Shown: piece after piece, positions 63,141 to 64,000 of the stretch
Layout: each line of letters begins with the position of its first letter
Position numbering within the stretch: position 1 is the stretch's first letter
Assembly (NCBI RefSeq): GCF_036500425.1
Contig: NZ_DASYCB010000077.1
Span: 26,411 to 90,410 of the forward strand
Direction of reading: 5' to 3'
Length of the DNA stretch: 64,000 bases
Origin: Luteibacter sp.
GTDB taxonomy: Bacteria; Pseudomonadota; Gammaproteobacteria; Xanthomonadales; Rhodanobacteraceae
The notes under the pieces: model-generated
Told to the model about the DNA's origin: nothing
The model's database searches: none
Seen by the model: only the letters and a program-made list of their open reading frames with translations
Program-made: the position numbers and the translations under genes

Positions 63141-64000
63141 GCGTGCTGGATCTCGCCCGTGCCGACATCCTCGCACTTGCGCCGTACTCAAGCGCGCGGA
63201 TGGAAGCCTCCGGTGGCACCGTGCTGCTCAACGCCAATGAATCCGCGCGCGCGCCGAGCATTCCCGGTGGGGATGGCCTGAATCGTTATCCCGATCCACA
63301 ACCGCGCGGCCTCGTCGAGACCCTGGCCGACCTTTACGGCACAACACCCGATCGTGTGTTGGCCACGCGTGGCAGCGACGAAGCGATCGACCTGCTGACC
63401 CGCGCGTTTTGCCGTGCGGGTCAGGACGGCATCGTGATCTCACCGCCTACCTTCGGCATGTACGCGGTCTCGGCGCGGATCCAGGGCGCGGCGGTGGTAG
63501 AAGCACCGCTGGAGGCGGATGGCTCGCTCGATGCCGGGAAACTCCAGGCCGCGGTCACGGAAAGCACGAAGCTCGTCTACGTCTGCACACCGAACAACCC
63601 CACCGGTAACCTGGTGACGCTCGACACGCTGACACGCATCGCGGAGGCCTTGCAGGGCAGGGCGCTGCTGATCGTCGACGAGGCCTACGCCGAGTTCGCC
63701 GGTGCGCCCAGCGCGACCCAGCTTATCGATACCTATGACCATGTCGCTGTGTTGCGCACGCTATCAAAGGCATGGTCGCTCGCTGGTGCCCGTGTCGGAA
63801 CCCTGGTCGCCCGCGCCGAGGTGATCGGTTTGTTGCGCCGGATCATCGCGCCGTATCCCTTGCCATCGCCTTGCGTGGATGCCGCGCTCGCCGCGCTGTC
63901 ATACGCGGGCCAACGGGTGCAGCGCCACCACGTGCATGAACTGCTGAACGAGCGCGCGCGAATGACCACGGCCCTAGCCCGTTCGCCCGGCGTGCGCGAG
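63137..64000 (+). CDS. hisC: Histidinol-phosphate aminotransferase (3' end beyond window)
   Basis: My own translation from ATG 63137 (overlaps the hisD stop) gives [23 protein letters not shown]...RYPDPQP...CTPNNPTGN...VDEAYAEF...[16 protein letters not shown]. Not in the track because no stop falls in the window. Confidence 0.9.
   Translation, partial: MSVLDLARADILALAPYSSARMEASGGTVLLNANESARAPSIPGGDGLNRYPDPQPRGLVETLADLYGTTPDRVLATRGSDEAIDLLTRAFCRAGQDGIVISPPTFGMYAVSARIQGAAVVEAPLEADGSLDAGKLQAAVTESTKLVYVCTPNNPTGNLVTLDTLTRIAEALQGRALLIVDEAYAEFAGAPSATQLIDTYDHVAVLRTLSKAWSLAGARVGTLVARAEVIGLLRRIIAPYPLPSPCVDAALAALSYAGQRVQRHHVHELLNERARMTTALARSPGVRE

Overview
This is a high-GC gammaproteobacterial chromosome segment. 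Gene order and protein families suggest Xanthomonadales/Lysobacterales, which is inference only. There are five blocks. (1) 1-10967, minus strand: a complete Xanthomonadales-type VirB type IV secretion operon in the order virB7-B8-B9-B10-B11-B1-B2-B3-B4-B5-B6. virB6 runs off the left edge, and a ~1 kb non-coding, palindrome-rich leader precedes the operon. (2) 11972-17545, plus strand: housekeeping pncC(cinA-C)-recA-recX-alaS-csrA-tRNA-Ser(GCU). (3) 17576-22994: a divergent putative regulator plus a tightly packed nine-gene operon. It opens with four RebB-like (R-body / killing-trait) paralogues and ends with a membrane protein and a nitrilase-superfamily-like protein. (4) 23140-56101: a ~33 kb integrative mobilizable element inserted in tRNA-Pro(CGG), bounded by a ~112-nt imperfect direct repeat. 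It carries a tyrosine integrase, an envelope/adhesin cargo module, a mobilization module (T4CP, membrane-anchored Clp-like AAA+, TrwC-type relaxase, MobC) with no mating-pair-formation genes, a small replication/regulation module, and a defence cassette bracketed by IS3 remnants. (5) 56281-64000: core genes hisS, a REP-like palindrome, a HAL/PAL-family ammonia-lyase, a LuxR-type response regulator, and yerC-like-hisG-hisD-hisC. The best candidate for an undescribed system is the defence cassette operon at 42344-53730. It encodes an AbiEi-like protein, a Dcm C5-methyltransferase, a 710-aa P-loop protein, a 510-aa unknown protein and a 1848-aa protein with a PD-ExK-like motif and a C-terminal HerA/FtsK-like ATPase, followed by Vsr and an SRA-like-HNH nuclease. 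Its layout resembles the DptFGH/SspFGH restriction modules, but it is coupled to cytosine methylation rather than phosphorothioation. All family calls come from motif reading by eye; no database search was run.
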